Source: Takakia lepidozioides
Taxonomy: Eukaryota > Plantae > Bryophyta
Assembly: GCA_030704615.1 (NCBI GenBank)
Contig: CM060731.1
Coordinates: forward strand, 80,104,001-80,168,000
Length of the DNA: 64,000 bases
Direction of reading: 5' to 3'
Positions 1 to 12,254 of the stretch are shown piece by piece. Each line of letters opens with the position of its first letter. Position 1 is the stretch's first letter. The notes under the pieces were generated by a model. That model was not told where the DNA came from, ran no database searches, and saw only the letters and a list, made by a program, of their open reading frames with translations. The position numbers and the translations under genes were made by a program.

Positions 1-3
1 CCG

Positions 4-3000
4 ATGGCCTTTGAGAAAGAGAGAGAGCTGGATATCAACCAGACGAAACTTCGATTGGAGAGTTCTGAGGAGCTCCGCTTGGATACAGATCCACAACTCT
101 CTCATGTAAATTTGAGTTCCAAGGGGTCTGGTTCAAAACGAAGGTGGGAGACCAGTGGGAGTGACTCATGGTTGCAGCTGGGTTTAGGGACCTCATCGAC
201 AAGTGCGGGCGAATCCAAACATATAGTACAGCCTTCTCAAGTTTCCAAGACACCTGTAACGAGGCCAGAAAGTGCAGATGTAGGTCCCTCTGGCAGAGAG
301 GGAAGACAAAGGATAATTGGCACTTCAATCACACCAACGTCTGAACGCCAAGAGGCATCGCACGAATTGGCCGTTCAAACTAGTCTCAGAGAACAGCACC
401 TATCACTTTCTCTGCCCCTTCGGCCAATTCAAACCCATCCCCATTATGGAAGTGATTCCCTAGGTAGAACAGCAGCTTTAGCAGTTAGTCCAGGGAGAGC
501 TGGTTTGGCATCATCTTACGGAGCCCATGCCCCAGTAACACAAACAGAGAGATTTGAAGGTTTAGACGCCTGGGCTGGAAGAGAAACGCAAGGCTGGTTC
601 GGACAACCAGTCGGCCAATTTTCAGGACCTATGAACACGAGACTAATACCTGTGGTTCCAGTAGTTCCTTTGCTGGCACGCACAATGGCATCTGCTACAC
701 CTCCTGGCACTGGCAGATTTATGCATAGATCTGGAGGAGTCGGTCAAGTTCCAAGTACGGATCAAAATGTCTATCCACCCACTAGCTTATTAAACTTTCC
801 TTTCCCAGAAAGGGGGCCACCTTTTGAACAGCTTTCTGGAGTAACAAGAGAACCAGCTGGAGCTAGGCAGAGTTCCGGAGAGGACATGCAAAGAGTAGAG
901 TCTTTATTTCCTCTGGGTCCACGAATGCAAAGGACAGTGCAATCCTCTCATCCTCCACAAACCGCAGTGAATTGGAGGGCACAACCAGGGGCAGGGCCCA
1001 GTATTCCTCAGAGACCTCAAGCTTTGGAAAGTAAGTTGCCCTGGTCCGAAACCGCCGTGAGTACATCTACAAGGATGCTGCAGCCCAGAGGGTTTTTAGA
1101 TTGGAGAGAAGCTAGCAACGTTGTTTTGCAGAATGCTGCTTTAGAGTCACAGAAAAGCCAAGTGGAAGCACAGGTCCTGGAAGGAGGATCGTGGCCAAAG
1201 TTTCTATACAATGAACCTCAACCTCCCCCTGAGCATGTTCATGTGACCAGCCAAAGGATAGCGAGGGAGCTGAATCCACTGCCATCTGGGAGGGAGTCTC
1301 AACAACACAGAGCAGGACTGAAATGGACCTTTGAGAAGTCAGGCGCTGGTCCTCATCAAACGAGCGCTGTGGTAAGAAGTTTAACACATGCAACGTAAAG
1401 CTCGCAACCTGTGCATTGTGCACATTGTTTGTGGGAAATTTGGCTCCATAGAAATGAGACATCTGACTGTTTCAGAATTATTTCTGTTAGGGTCCTCACT
1501 TTTGGCGAGTAACACAGCCAGTTACTTTCACCAATCTGAAACTATAGCGTTCAATTCTAACCGAGTAGATTATTATGTATCACAACTTTGTAGGATTCGT
1601 ACATGGAGGAAAATAACTAGACTGGGGATGTCACAAAGTGGGTGCCCAGGTTGCCGTCTTACTGTCAGCTACATAAGATGTTTTTCCTCTATGGAGCCAG
1701 GGAAAACATCATATGATCAACCATTATGGCATCTGTCGAACATGTTGTGGGAGGTTTAGGAGCTTGCACACAGGACTGGGGAAATGGTTGGAAGCATTGG
1801 GCCAGTAAGATCATGAGCCTCCTGTTTATTGGATTGCATCTTCTACTCCAAGATCTCTCAATCCAGAGTGAGGACCACCTGTCTGATGTGAAAACTATGT
1901 TGAGAAAAATGATTTAAATTCGAAGAGCTCATCTAAATCAAGTGCTGCACATCATTTACTTTAAAGACTTGTTCTTTTGCAGAGAGATCAATTGGCACCT
2001 GACCCATCTCAACTTGTTGAACGTTTATATACTTACTATAGTTTGTCTATACAGGAGTACTTAGGAGGAAGTAGCCGTAGAGACTCATAAATACTGACTG
2101 TTTTCCTCGATGAATTATCTAGCACCTGGCAGCATTGACGTCCGATGATAATCTATCATTGAACAGGGCTCCCACTCGCCAGCAGTCATTCCCTTTGGAA
2201 ATCCACTGTCCTTGAGTTAGCTCCTCATATCAAGTTCCTATGAGTTAAGCAGCATGTGGATTCATTCTTTATTATCTTTGCAGGAGCATAAGCTGGGGGA
2301 CCCGCCCACTCATTTGGTGCAGCAGCTTGAGGGAGCACCTGGCCCATCAGGAGAGGGGAGACTGACGTACTATCCTCGACAACGACCAAGCCAAATTAGT
2401 TGGCCCGATCCACCTGGGGGGAGCTTCTTCAATCCGTCTCCAGGAACTAGTAGCAGGCCTGAGCCAATATTTCTTGAGGTGCCCGTATCCAACCTCAGAT
2501 CTGCAAGTGGACCAGACCCTGGTCTATGGTTCACCCTTCAAGCAGCTGAGAACCAGTAATCACTCATCCTCTTTGCTTTTTCCTTGTTTGCTATGTGAAG
2601 TTTGAGAAAAAGCAACAGTGTTTTAAGTTCACATGCAGATTCAAGATGTTTCACTATGCATGTACTAGCTGACCTTTGTGCTACATAAGAGCAAGGAAAT
2701 GGTAAGCGAGGTTCTGATTTGAGCTCCATGGTATGGCCACATGTAATGAAAGCACTAGCCCTTCAATTGACAAAACGAACTTGAGGCTAGTATTTTCTGA
2801 AAGTTAAGCCAACTCTCTACCGCTCAATGAATTCAGATTGTGAGCGTTTGAAGGAGAGTACTACACTATCCTGAAGTTCTGTTTTCCGGGGTCTGTGGCT
2901 GCCTCTAATTTTCTATAGCTTGAACTCCTGGTGCTATTGTTCGGGATCGTACAAAACAAAATTCGACCATTAAGGCATCGAACACTAAGGGCGTATTTTG

Positions 3001-4871
3001 GAAACTGGTCCCCATATCGTGCAGAATTTTCAATGTTATCGAACTGTATCATTTCAGGTTGATAGTTAGGGGTAGGACATCTGTTTTTAGCTTGTCAAGA
3101 AGAAGGTAATCAGGATTTCAGTTCACACCAACGTAATTGTAGAACAAAATTGTTGCATATGGATTTAATTTATTTGTGGTGGAAGCATGGTGCAAGAAAA
3201 GGATCTTATGGAATCGTACATTAGAACGTGGTGATCCACCAGTCTAAACATTCTTGCAAGACAGTATCTTCTCTCAGCATTCTGAAGGGAGTTTGGCTTG
3301 AAACCCTGCATTTTAGTGCCTGGTTCTGTTGAATTCCTATTGAAGAACTAATGTGCGCATCCTGCAGGGCTGGGAACGCGCTGGAACAGATCCCACAAGT
3401 CTACATACGAGTGAAGTATGTCACTCACTACCTACAACGGCCACTTGATTTACTGCAGTTCTTGTCAGGGCAGGAAATGAGTACTTAAAGAGATATATAT
3501 ACATCAGAATGGAGTAGCAATATGATGTCAAAGAACTGAACTAAGGGTAGGAAGGAATAACGAAGCGACAGGTCAATGTGAACTACTAGTAAAGATAGGT
3601 CTCTGTAGTCGTTACTCAGACGTGTGCATCCTTATGGCATTGACTTTGGAGTCCGATGCAGCCATGCCATTTCCTAAGCAGTGCTTAGTCAGCTTCTCAC
3701 AGTATTCGACCTTGAGTGGAAATCAGACTGGAAGAAGACGCATGTATTATCGTCTCGCTAAATGATATCTATGAGGATGAAGACGGTCTTATTTTTACCG
3801 AACATGTACTTGAATAGTTGGCTCGGAGGTAGTTAAATTATATGATTAATTGTGATTGAGTTCCGGTGTAGAGATTGACCCAGAAATGCTGAAACCTTCC
3901 ATTTTTTCTGGCAGAGATGAGAGAATGACTGTGTCAGCAGTGAAGACGTACTTGGTGAACAAGTTTGGTCTTTCAGAATCAGAGGTACTCTGGCACTCTT
4001 TCACATTTCTGAACGTGTCTAGTGTACTGCTAATAATGGTCTTAGTTCCGGAAATGTAATACCCTCTGACGACACGCTCTTCCTTGAAATTCGAGGAAAA
4101 TAATCTGTACAGTCAATAATCTCCAAACATTAACCTCCATGGATCATATTAATCATAAGACCTTGACCAACAAAAAAGATCTCCCAGAGAAGAACTGTAA
4201 TCAAACTCCCGGAGTAATGGAGTCTCGCACAAAATCTGCACTCTATTTAGATTCCTAGCTGTGAATGTATTTTAAGCTGCTTATTGCTCTGTGGAAATGA
4301 AACTAGACCAAAGAGAGAAGGTTCAGGTTGATCTCTGTAGTCACGTTTACTTGCAGCAAGTAAAATAAATGTTGGATGTTGAACCCACCAACACTTCTGG
4401 TGCATTCACCTTCAGGACTAACTTCTGCAAGGTTGAGATAGTCATGATCTTTAGTAAATATGTAGTTGGACTTGGTTTTTGAAATTTATTTACTGAAATT
4501 TATTTACTGAAATTCATGGAAGGGTTTGTAGTTCTTTGAGCTCAGATTATCAGGAGTCCTTACATCAGATGTGCTTCATTCTAAAATATATTTGAAATTG
4601 ACTTATATTGATGCAGATAGAGATTGCATGCATGGGGCAACACTTGTCGCCCAGCCTCCCATTGCAGCATGTGCGCAATACTATCTGGCTGCCACTTAGC
4701 AGTAGGCCTGCTCAGATCCCGGAGCATCATGCCTCATCAGCTGATGTTGATGTACGATTACGGGAAGGAAGAGCCCGTCCACTTTCAGACGGTTCTGTTG
4801 TTCTCTCAGAGGATGTGGTTATGATCCTCACATACAGTCGGCACCCACCAGCTGCCTCTCCATCCCTTTGA
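4..4871 (+). CDS. LAX PANICLE 2-like / BMI1-DRIP C-terminal RAWUL-domain protein; exons 4-1371, 2284-2555, 3368-3415, 3915-3984, 4617-4871
   Basis: GT-AG introns with compatible phases join to give GLWFTLQAAENQAGNALEQIPQVYIRVKDERMTVSAVKTYLVNKFGLSESEIEIACMGQHLSPSLPLQHVRNTIWL, the plant RAWUL/LAX2 signature. The long low-complexity N-terminus has an LQLGL EAR-like motif. No RING seen. The start could lie upstream of the window. Confidence 0.8.
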
Positions 4872-7789
4872 CACATGCCTGTCCTTGGGTAAAGAGCACT
4901 CACAATTACATTTGGGGAGAGGAACACACGTAATTGGCCCAAATGAAACTGCTGGAACGTGATCCCATGGTGGTTTCTTGTATTTCTTCTTGTGAATGTT
5001 GTATCGATGGCCCTCGAGCTGGAGGTACCCTTCGAGTACTGATTTTTTCCCCGCTAATTGATTTCTGGACATGGGTACTGGCCCAGCCCACCTAGCATTT
5101 GATCCCTGATGCAATCCCTCAACAGTGTTCTGGCAGCGCATTTCTGCCAACGGCCTCAAATTTTGATCGTCTTTGACTGGAGAAACAAACTGAAACTTAA
5201 GTCTGATTGAACTTATTGAGTTGAGATTTCATGTAGATCTGGGTGCATCTTATATTTCTCCACTTACTTCACAGGTGGATGGTAGGCAGCCGGCAGCCAA
5301 ATACATGTCAATTCTGCTGTACGTGTGATGGAAGAACCTAAAAGTTGGTTAATCCTCCTGATGAGCAGGATGACATTGCTTGCTGCCATGTTTACTGTAA
5401 ACCACTTGCCGAGATGTAATATATCACCTTGATCAGGTAGGAACTCGCAGTATGTCTTTCATTCATCTCCCGTCGGACCACAAAAGGCAATGTGAGGGTT
5501 GTAGCCTTACGTCCTACATCCGTAATCACCTCACAGATTCACAGCTTATAAGACGTCATGAAAACCAATATCGCTGGACGGTACGAGGGATGTCCCTTTA
5601 GATATGCTCTATGTCCTTGTGGATGTAATGTATATCTCTCTCTCTCTCTCGCAGCCACCGCAATATTTATGCGGAACCAAGCCAAGTTTATTACTTGTCT
5701 AGATCCCAACTTTGTGATAGAGCTTCAGTTGGGTGTCTAGCAGTCACACATTACAGAAACTGATGTGCACAGGTACATTGATTTGCAGTATGAAACTCTT
5801 CAGTCTGTACTCAACCCAAGATCACGATTAAACTACAAGGGATATTAAACTGACGCAAGGCTCCCTCCAATCTGAGGCTAGTGCATGGCTCAAACTCTGT
5901 GCGTCTGTTGATACATGTTTCTTGGGCACTGTTAGTGGGAGGGAGGGACTGATTCTACTGAAGTTTTTGTTTTCTAGTTATTGTTATTACTTGAATTGTC
6001 TCATTTATTAATAACTTTTTTTTAATAAAAGGGAAACACCTGGGAGCGACAGCTCACAAATCAGGCCCTTAGCAGTGAGAGGAGAAATAACTTTATACAT
6101 TTCACTTTGATAAAAAATCTACCAAAGTACTTTCTTATACTCGGATCACAAAATCGGTTAAAAGCCCATTTTGTAGAACCAGCTTTCTTGCTTTTTTTCT
6201 TTTTTTTAAAAAAGGGAAACACCTTTCTTTTTTGTCATGATCATCTTTTCTCCTCTCTTTTTTTAAAAAATAATTGACAGAGGACTGTGGCCCTAAAGAA
6301 CTTTATTTTGAATTATTAGGGGGGGGAAAATTAAAACCCCTGAGCCAACCATAATTTTTTTTTCTTTTATAACTAAACGACTACCAAGGGCTTCTTAAAA
6401 TAAAAAAGGGCTTATTCCCCGTTTTAATTTATTTTTTATTTTTTAAAGTGATATGTTTCATCATATTGGCATCCCCACACAGAATACACACCGTGCTCCA
6501 GCAATTGGTACAAGCCTGGGAAGAAAGATGATAAAACCACTGTTGGGCGGTTCTGGTTGCCTCCAATTTTAGGAAACTAATTACCTGCAGTTGCGGTTAT
6601 TAAATTCTATACAGTTGCTAGATATGCGGTTCCAGTTGCTTGCGAAAAACCTTAAATAACCGGCAGTTTTCATCAAATAACCGTGGGTATGGGGCGGTTT
6701 TTTAAACGTTTCTTTGCTTGGATATTTGAATGCCCGACCTATGCGGGTTCCTAACTTGACCGGTTATTTCACTTTTTCAGCTCCGCCGGTCATACATACA
6801 TATAACCGTACCGGATATGTAACCGCCAGTATTAGAGAGAAATTTAAATAATCACCCAACATTGGATAAAATCCCCTTGGGTGGGAAAACCCTTCTTCTT
6901 TTGCACTGATTGGCCAACAGAGAAGCAAATTTAAAAAATTCAAATCTAATCGTGTAACCATGCCTAAGATTAAGCTTGGGTTCAAATGCAAAGATCACGC
7001 TTCCACGTTGAGGCACATCGTTATTGTAAGTTGCAAACATAGACTTGCACGACGTCATCCAAAGGTTTTATTTGATCCCTCTATGTGTAACCTTCTACCC
7101 ATTACACTATGGTATGATCCACCAAGACTCTTTTAAATATATTACTTAAACAATCATACCATCGAATTTGTGATGCCTGAACCAACTCGATTTTCCCTCC
7201 CAAAAGAAGGAGAAAAAAAAAACACTCTCAATATTGGCCTTCGTTGTGTCATGATGAAGAGATCATAGAATGAGCAGCTAGCACATTGTCAACCAAGACT
7301 GCTAGCCAACAAACAACTACATTATGGGATAATTCGCACCATAAGGTGATTTTCATTTACACTTAACGGTGCTTACCATGAAAATACCTATTCACATTGT
7401 CAAAATCCTACTAGAGCTAGGGCCGGTTTACCTTGTTTTTGTTCTGCCGCCAAATTTTTTGTTGTCTATTTTTCATCTAGCTGTGTAATTTTTTTGTTTC
7501 TCATTCATGCTTGCATCATCAATCACATTTTCACAATCCGTCAATATTGATATTTCTTATTAAATCCTTTGCGCCTTCGTCGCCAGCCTATTATCAACGG
7601 TTTGTGTGGTTGAGTTCATTTCATCATAGAATCTCATGTTGCTCTTTTCATTTCTCGCTGTCTTATTCACCATCCAATCTCATAACCCTATTTTAACTAA
7701 TTATGGACTGAACACATAGGCTGGGACTTAGCCTCCTTTTGTCTCCCGCGCTACCATTTGTTTACGTAGTATCGAGCCGAAGCAGTGAG

Positions 7790-8860
7790 AACTTGTGTCA
7801 TGGAACTGGATGATCGCAGGATATGCAATGCAGGGGCGTGGGATTGAGGCTTTGCGACCTATTCTTGAGCAACTGATGCAACTTTCTTGAGCTTATTCTT
7901 GAGCAAATGATGCAGGAAGGGCGAGGATATGCACAGCGGGGGTGTGGTATAGAGGCTTCGGAGACGTATGAGCAAATAATGCGGGAAAGGGTGAAGCCGG
8001 ACGGGTCACGTGTGTTTGTGTTTGCAATGCGTGTGCAAGCCTGGCAGCCCTAGAGAAGGGTAAAAGGTCCATGGTGCCATTGTCAAATTTGGAATTGTAC
8101 CCGATGTCATTCTGAACAATACCCTCGTGGACATGTATGTCAAATGTGGCAGTATTGAGGATACAAAGGGAGTGTTTGAGAATATGGCTGAACGAAATGT
8201 CGTGTCCTGGAGTGTGTGATGATCGCGGGATATTCCCCAGCATGGATGTAGGATGGAGGCATTGGAGACCTATGAGCAAATGATGCGGGAGGGGGAAAGG
8301 CAGACCTGGTCATGTTCGTTTGTATATGCAATGCTTGTGCGAGCCTGGCAACCCTGGAAAAGGGCAAAGAGGTTCATGGTGACATCATCAGAGCTGGAAT
8401 TGTACCCGACGTCATTCTAAACAATACCCTCGTGGACATGTATGCGAAATGTGGGTGCATCGAGGATGTGAAGGGAGTTTGCAATGGTATGGCTGAACAA
8501 TGCTTGCAGGGTATGCACAGCAAGGCCGCGAGAAGGAGGCTTTGGAGACCTACGATCAAATGATGGCGGAAGGGGTGAAGCCCGACCACATCACGTTTGC
8601 ATTTACAATGCATGTGCAAGCCTGGCAGCCCTGGAAAAGGGCAAAGAGGTCCATGGTGACATTGTCAGAGCTGGAATTGTATCCGATGTCATTCTGAACA
8701 GTACTCTTGTGGACATGTATGCAAAATGTGGGTGCATCGAGGATGCAAAGGGAGTGTTCAACAGTATGGTTGAACGAGATGTGGTGTCGTGGAGTGCTAT
8801 GATTGCAGGATATGCACAGCAAGGGCGCGGGATGGAGGCTCTGAAGACCTATGAGCACCT
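7790..8860 (+). pseudogene. Degenerate PLS-class PPR gene fragments
   Basis: Frameshifted P-L-S motifs such as NTLVDMYAKCGCIEDAKGVF, DVVSWSAMIAGYAQQG and ACASLAALEKGKEVH. Confidence 0.85.
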
Positions 8861-9014
8861 TCTTCAACACATTTCAGCCTGTTTCCCCTGTTATCAGAGT
8901 CGTCCCTAAATTTTTAGGTTGAATTCTACAAGTTAGCTCGTTGGTGCAAAAAGGTGAATGCCTGTTGGAAGCTCAAGTCAGCATAGGAACTTGTGTGATA
9001 AGTAGGGTTAGGGT

Positions 9015-9201
9015 TGTCGTGCGCATACATATCGCTACACAACTACATCGATGTCCAAAACCACACAACACATGTGCACGCCACACACTAGTATATCACT
9101 AGTTCACCACTAGTCCAACCACTAGTCCAACCACTAGGCTACACTAGTCAGTCACTAGGCTGCCACTATACTGCCCATTATGGCAGTCACTAGTCCACAC
9201 A
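9015..9201 (-). repeat. Terminal repeat B (distal copy, B2) of copy 1
   Basis: 187-bp direct repeat of 9532-9718 with 3 substitutions seen; rich in CACTAG units. Confidence 0.92.
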
Positions 9202-9203
9202 AT

Positions 9204-9529
9204 AGATAAAGATGAAGAATACAAGCACAAGCTCATGCGAGCTCACAAAGCTGAAGCATAAACTCATGCATATATAACCTCATCACTCAAATACAAGTCA
9301 AGCCAAGTGCACCCCACGCCATGGGGAATCTACACTACGGCGCCATAGCTAGGCGCGGTGAGGCTCAACTCGAGAAAGATGAGCCTCCCGCGCTTGCCGT
9401 GAAGATAACCACTCCAGGGCCTAAATCTGCCTTGACCCCTGGATTGACACTTGGGCCAATCCCAAATGTCAATATGTAAAAGCTAGCTATTTCCTAGCTA
9501 GTTTCACACTAGTGGTAAATAACTTGACA
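9204..9529 (-). repeat. Terminal repeat A (internal copy, A2) of copy 1
   Basis: Homologous to 30818-31128 and 45116-45429; its first ~50 nt also match 20463-20513. Confidence 0.9.
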
Positions 9530-9531
9530 GC

Positions 9532-9718
9532 TGTCGTGCGCATACATATCGCTACACAACTACATCGCTGTCCAAAACCACACAACACATGTGCACGCCA
9601 CACACTAGTATATCACTAGTTCACCACTAGTCCAACCACTAGTCCAACCACTAGGCTACACTAGTCAGTCACTAGGCTGCCACTATGCTGCCCACTATGG
9701 CAGTCACTAGTCCACACA
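9532..9718 (-). repeat. Terminal repeat B (PPT-proximal copy, B1) of copy 1
   Basis: Follows the polypurine tract; joined to A2 by GACA-GC-TGTC. Confidence 0.92.
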
Positions 9719-9719
9719 A

Positions 9720-9730
9720 TCGCCCCCCTA
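9720..9730 (-). other. Polypurine tract
   Basis: TAGGGGGGCGA lies immediately before TTGTG of B1; the same sequence occurs at 44871-44881 in copy 2. Confidence 0.75.
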
Positions 9731-9785
9731 GCTGGTGCTTAGGTCCCTCTAAGTCCAGGTAGCCACAAGATGTGATAGTGACCAT

Positions 9786-12053
9786 TGTAGTGTGAAAAGA
9801 AAGGGCGTGAATCCCCTTCTGTGCAAGTCTAGTTGTGTTCCTCCCCAGGTTGATTGTAAGGAAGGAAAGGAGCTCTCCTCTCAGGTGATCCAACCAGCAT
9901 CACTCGGTGTGGGTTTCCCTCAGGTCCTTCATGATCAGAGTTCACACAATCCTCATCCACGCCGCAGCGGAAGAGAAGACATGGATGGGGAGTCTGTATT
10001 GTTTTCACCCGTGATTCTACTTTTACACGACATCCTCTCCCTGGTACACTGCACCAGCCATGTTACCATGCTGTCTTCAGTGATGCAACCAGCCCTACGT
10101 CAGTGATGACCACTGCCCTTGTGGGCAGCTCCCTTGGTCAGCAACAAGTGGAATCCCCTTTGTAATAAGATCACGATTTGGAAGGAGGCAACTCAGATCT
10201 GCCATGAGTTGCAGGCCCACCAGTTTGGCCCTTCATGGGTTCATGCTTTCTTTATCTTACCGCCCCAATCATCCATTCCTCTCCATCCCCTCTTGCTGGT
10301 CAGCTCTCTCCCTTATGTTCCTCACTCTTTCCACTGTAGCATGTCTATGATGCAATGTAATGCGCATTCAGCCAAGCATCCAGTGCACCCAGCATTGAAA
10401 TCAACCTTGGTCACACAAGATATAATCAACCCTTTTATCAGTCCCTCTCTTGCCAATGACAGATCCTTCACACTCCCCTTTTCCCAGGTGCAGCCATTTG
10501 CCCAAGACAGCTCTCAACCCTTCTTGTTGGTTTCCAAACAGTTCTATCTAACTCTCACTGGTTTCCTCTACCTACCAAGCTAGTTCCACATTGACTGCAA
10601 TGTGTCAACATCCCAGGCCAGATTGTTTGTACAAGCTCACGACGCTGAAACAAGGAACAAGAATACAACAGCAGCAACCATTCTGTCCCAGCAACGAATC
10701 AACCCTGTTTCCATTCATTTTTCCTACTATACAATGTAACAGCAGGTGCATCCATCTCCAGTCCATCCTGGTTTGAAGTCCAGTGTCTTCATTCCTTTTC
10801 CAAAGCTCTTTTTCTTCCTCACATGTCAGTGTCTCTTACTACATACAAGAGACCGTCCAAAACTTCACAAAGCGATTTCTAAGTCACCAAAAAGAGAGCC
10901 ACTCTTCAAACTTATCTGTCTTATACTCTTTGAGGCGGTGGGTCTGCCTGTCACGAAGGCACCTTGTCCTCTCCCTCGTCAGCCATTTCCGACGTCTCTT
11001 CTTATCGTGATTCCAGTCCTCATTAAGGCATGACGGCTCTGCTTCAGCTGCTGGCACATCCTTGTGTCTGCCAACCTCTACCCTATCCTTCTACATGTGC
11101 ATTCCTTCCCTATGAAGTGATCTGGTCCTACAGCCTTTAAGACAGAGAGCAGATACAAAACTTAATTATAGATAGCTTAAGCGCCATACACACCAGAAGG
11201 CGGCACCGCTTCCTCTTGCACAGAATGCCAAGCCAGATCCCTTAACGTCGCTCTTTAAGGCAAGCTGATTCTTTTACAAAGTGATCCGGTCCTAAAGCTC
11301 AGAAACAGACAGCAGCTACTAGATTTGATCACAGATAACCTGAGGCGCTATACACACCAGCCTATATTTCTCATCTCCCAACACCTGCTGAGCCGCTCCA
11401 TCTCCTCATTAATGTGCTCATCAAGACAATGGCGACAGCAGTGGTGCACCGCCCTTGTCACAAACCTGATCCCTCTGGTTTGATCATTGCTTACGAAGAA
11501 GGCGGCACCGATTCTTCTTGCACAGAAAGCCAAGCAGGAGCTCTTAACATTTCTCTTAAAAGCAAGCTGATACCCTTTGCGTAGGTGGAACTTTCTCAGA
11601 TATCATGTGCTGCCAGCACCACTGCAGCAGCTGCGAAAAGATACACGCACTCTTCTTGCACAGAAAGCCAAGCAGGAGCTCTTAACATTTCTCTTAAAAG
11701 TAAGCTGATACCCTTTGCGTAGGTGGAACTTTCTCAGATATCCTGTGCTGCCAACACCACTGCAGCAGCTGCGAAAAGATACACGCACTCTTCCCCTTCG
11801 AATTTCACATCCTGCTTCTAGGGTTCAACATCATGGATGAAAATCATTCATCCTAGGGATGAAAAAGGCGCATGTCACAACTTAGCCATATTTTGTTCCT
11901 GGCAGATCAATAGCATAGTCTTTCCATGGAATTACCTCAAGTTATGGACAATTCCTCCCCTTCATCAGCACGAAGGGCACTCCCTTTGTAGTAGTGCCGA
12001 AACCTAAGGCCAAACAAAAACTTGAAATTTTTACCCCCTGCACTCACACTACA
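9786..12053. mobile_element. 2.27-kb nested insertion (probable solo LTR or non-autonomous element) in the 3' UTR of copy 1
   Basis: 10-bp inverted ends TGTAGTGTGA...TCACACTACA; TSD CCAT at 9782-9785 and 12054-12057; absent from the homologous site in copy 2 (~44815-44822). Confidence 0.85.
11513..11793. repeat. ~138-bp tandem duplication inside the nested insertion
   Basis: Unit tcttcttgcacagaaagccaagcagg... starts at 11513 and 11651; a diverged partial copy lies near 11200-11280. Confidence 0.8.
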
Positions 12054-12254
12054 CCATAGCTAGTCTCACTAAGTCCTCCACCACTATCCCTACTACACTC
12101 AAACTCAATAGATCAAGAGGCCGGGTGCAAGAGTTGCCCCATCGTTAGTCGCCGTCTTACAACCTGTGAACTTGAGCTTGGGATCTCATGTATTGACTCC
12201 TATGAGCTTGGCCTCCCATGTCTTGTTAGCTGCCTCCAGTCATGTCCACTGCCA

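Noticed and set aside
6530-6830. Clustered GCGGTT/AACCG motifs suggesting a hAT/MITE subterminal region
   Set aside because: No terminal inverted repeats or TSD could be defined.
9003-9015. Telomere-like TAGGGTTAGGGTT at the insertion site
   Set aside because: Only two units; it is part of a diverged host repeat, and other family ends lack it.
9015-9718. B-A-B block as an independent TRIM or mini-LTR element
   Set aside because: It has no TSD of its own. It follows the Gypsy PPT in two diverged copies, and the GGGT TSD pairs its end with repeat A 11.5 kb away.
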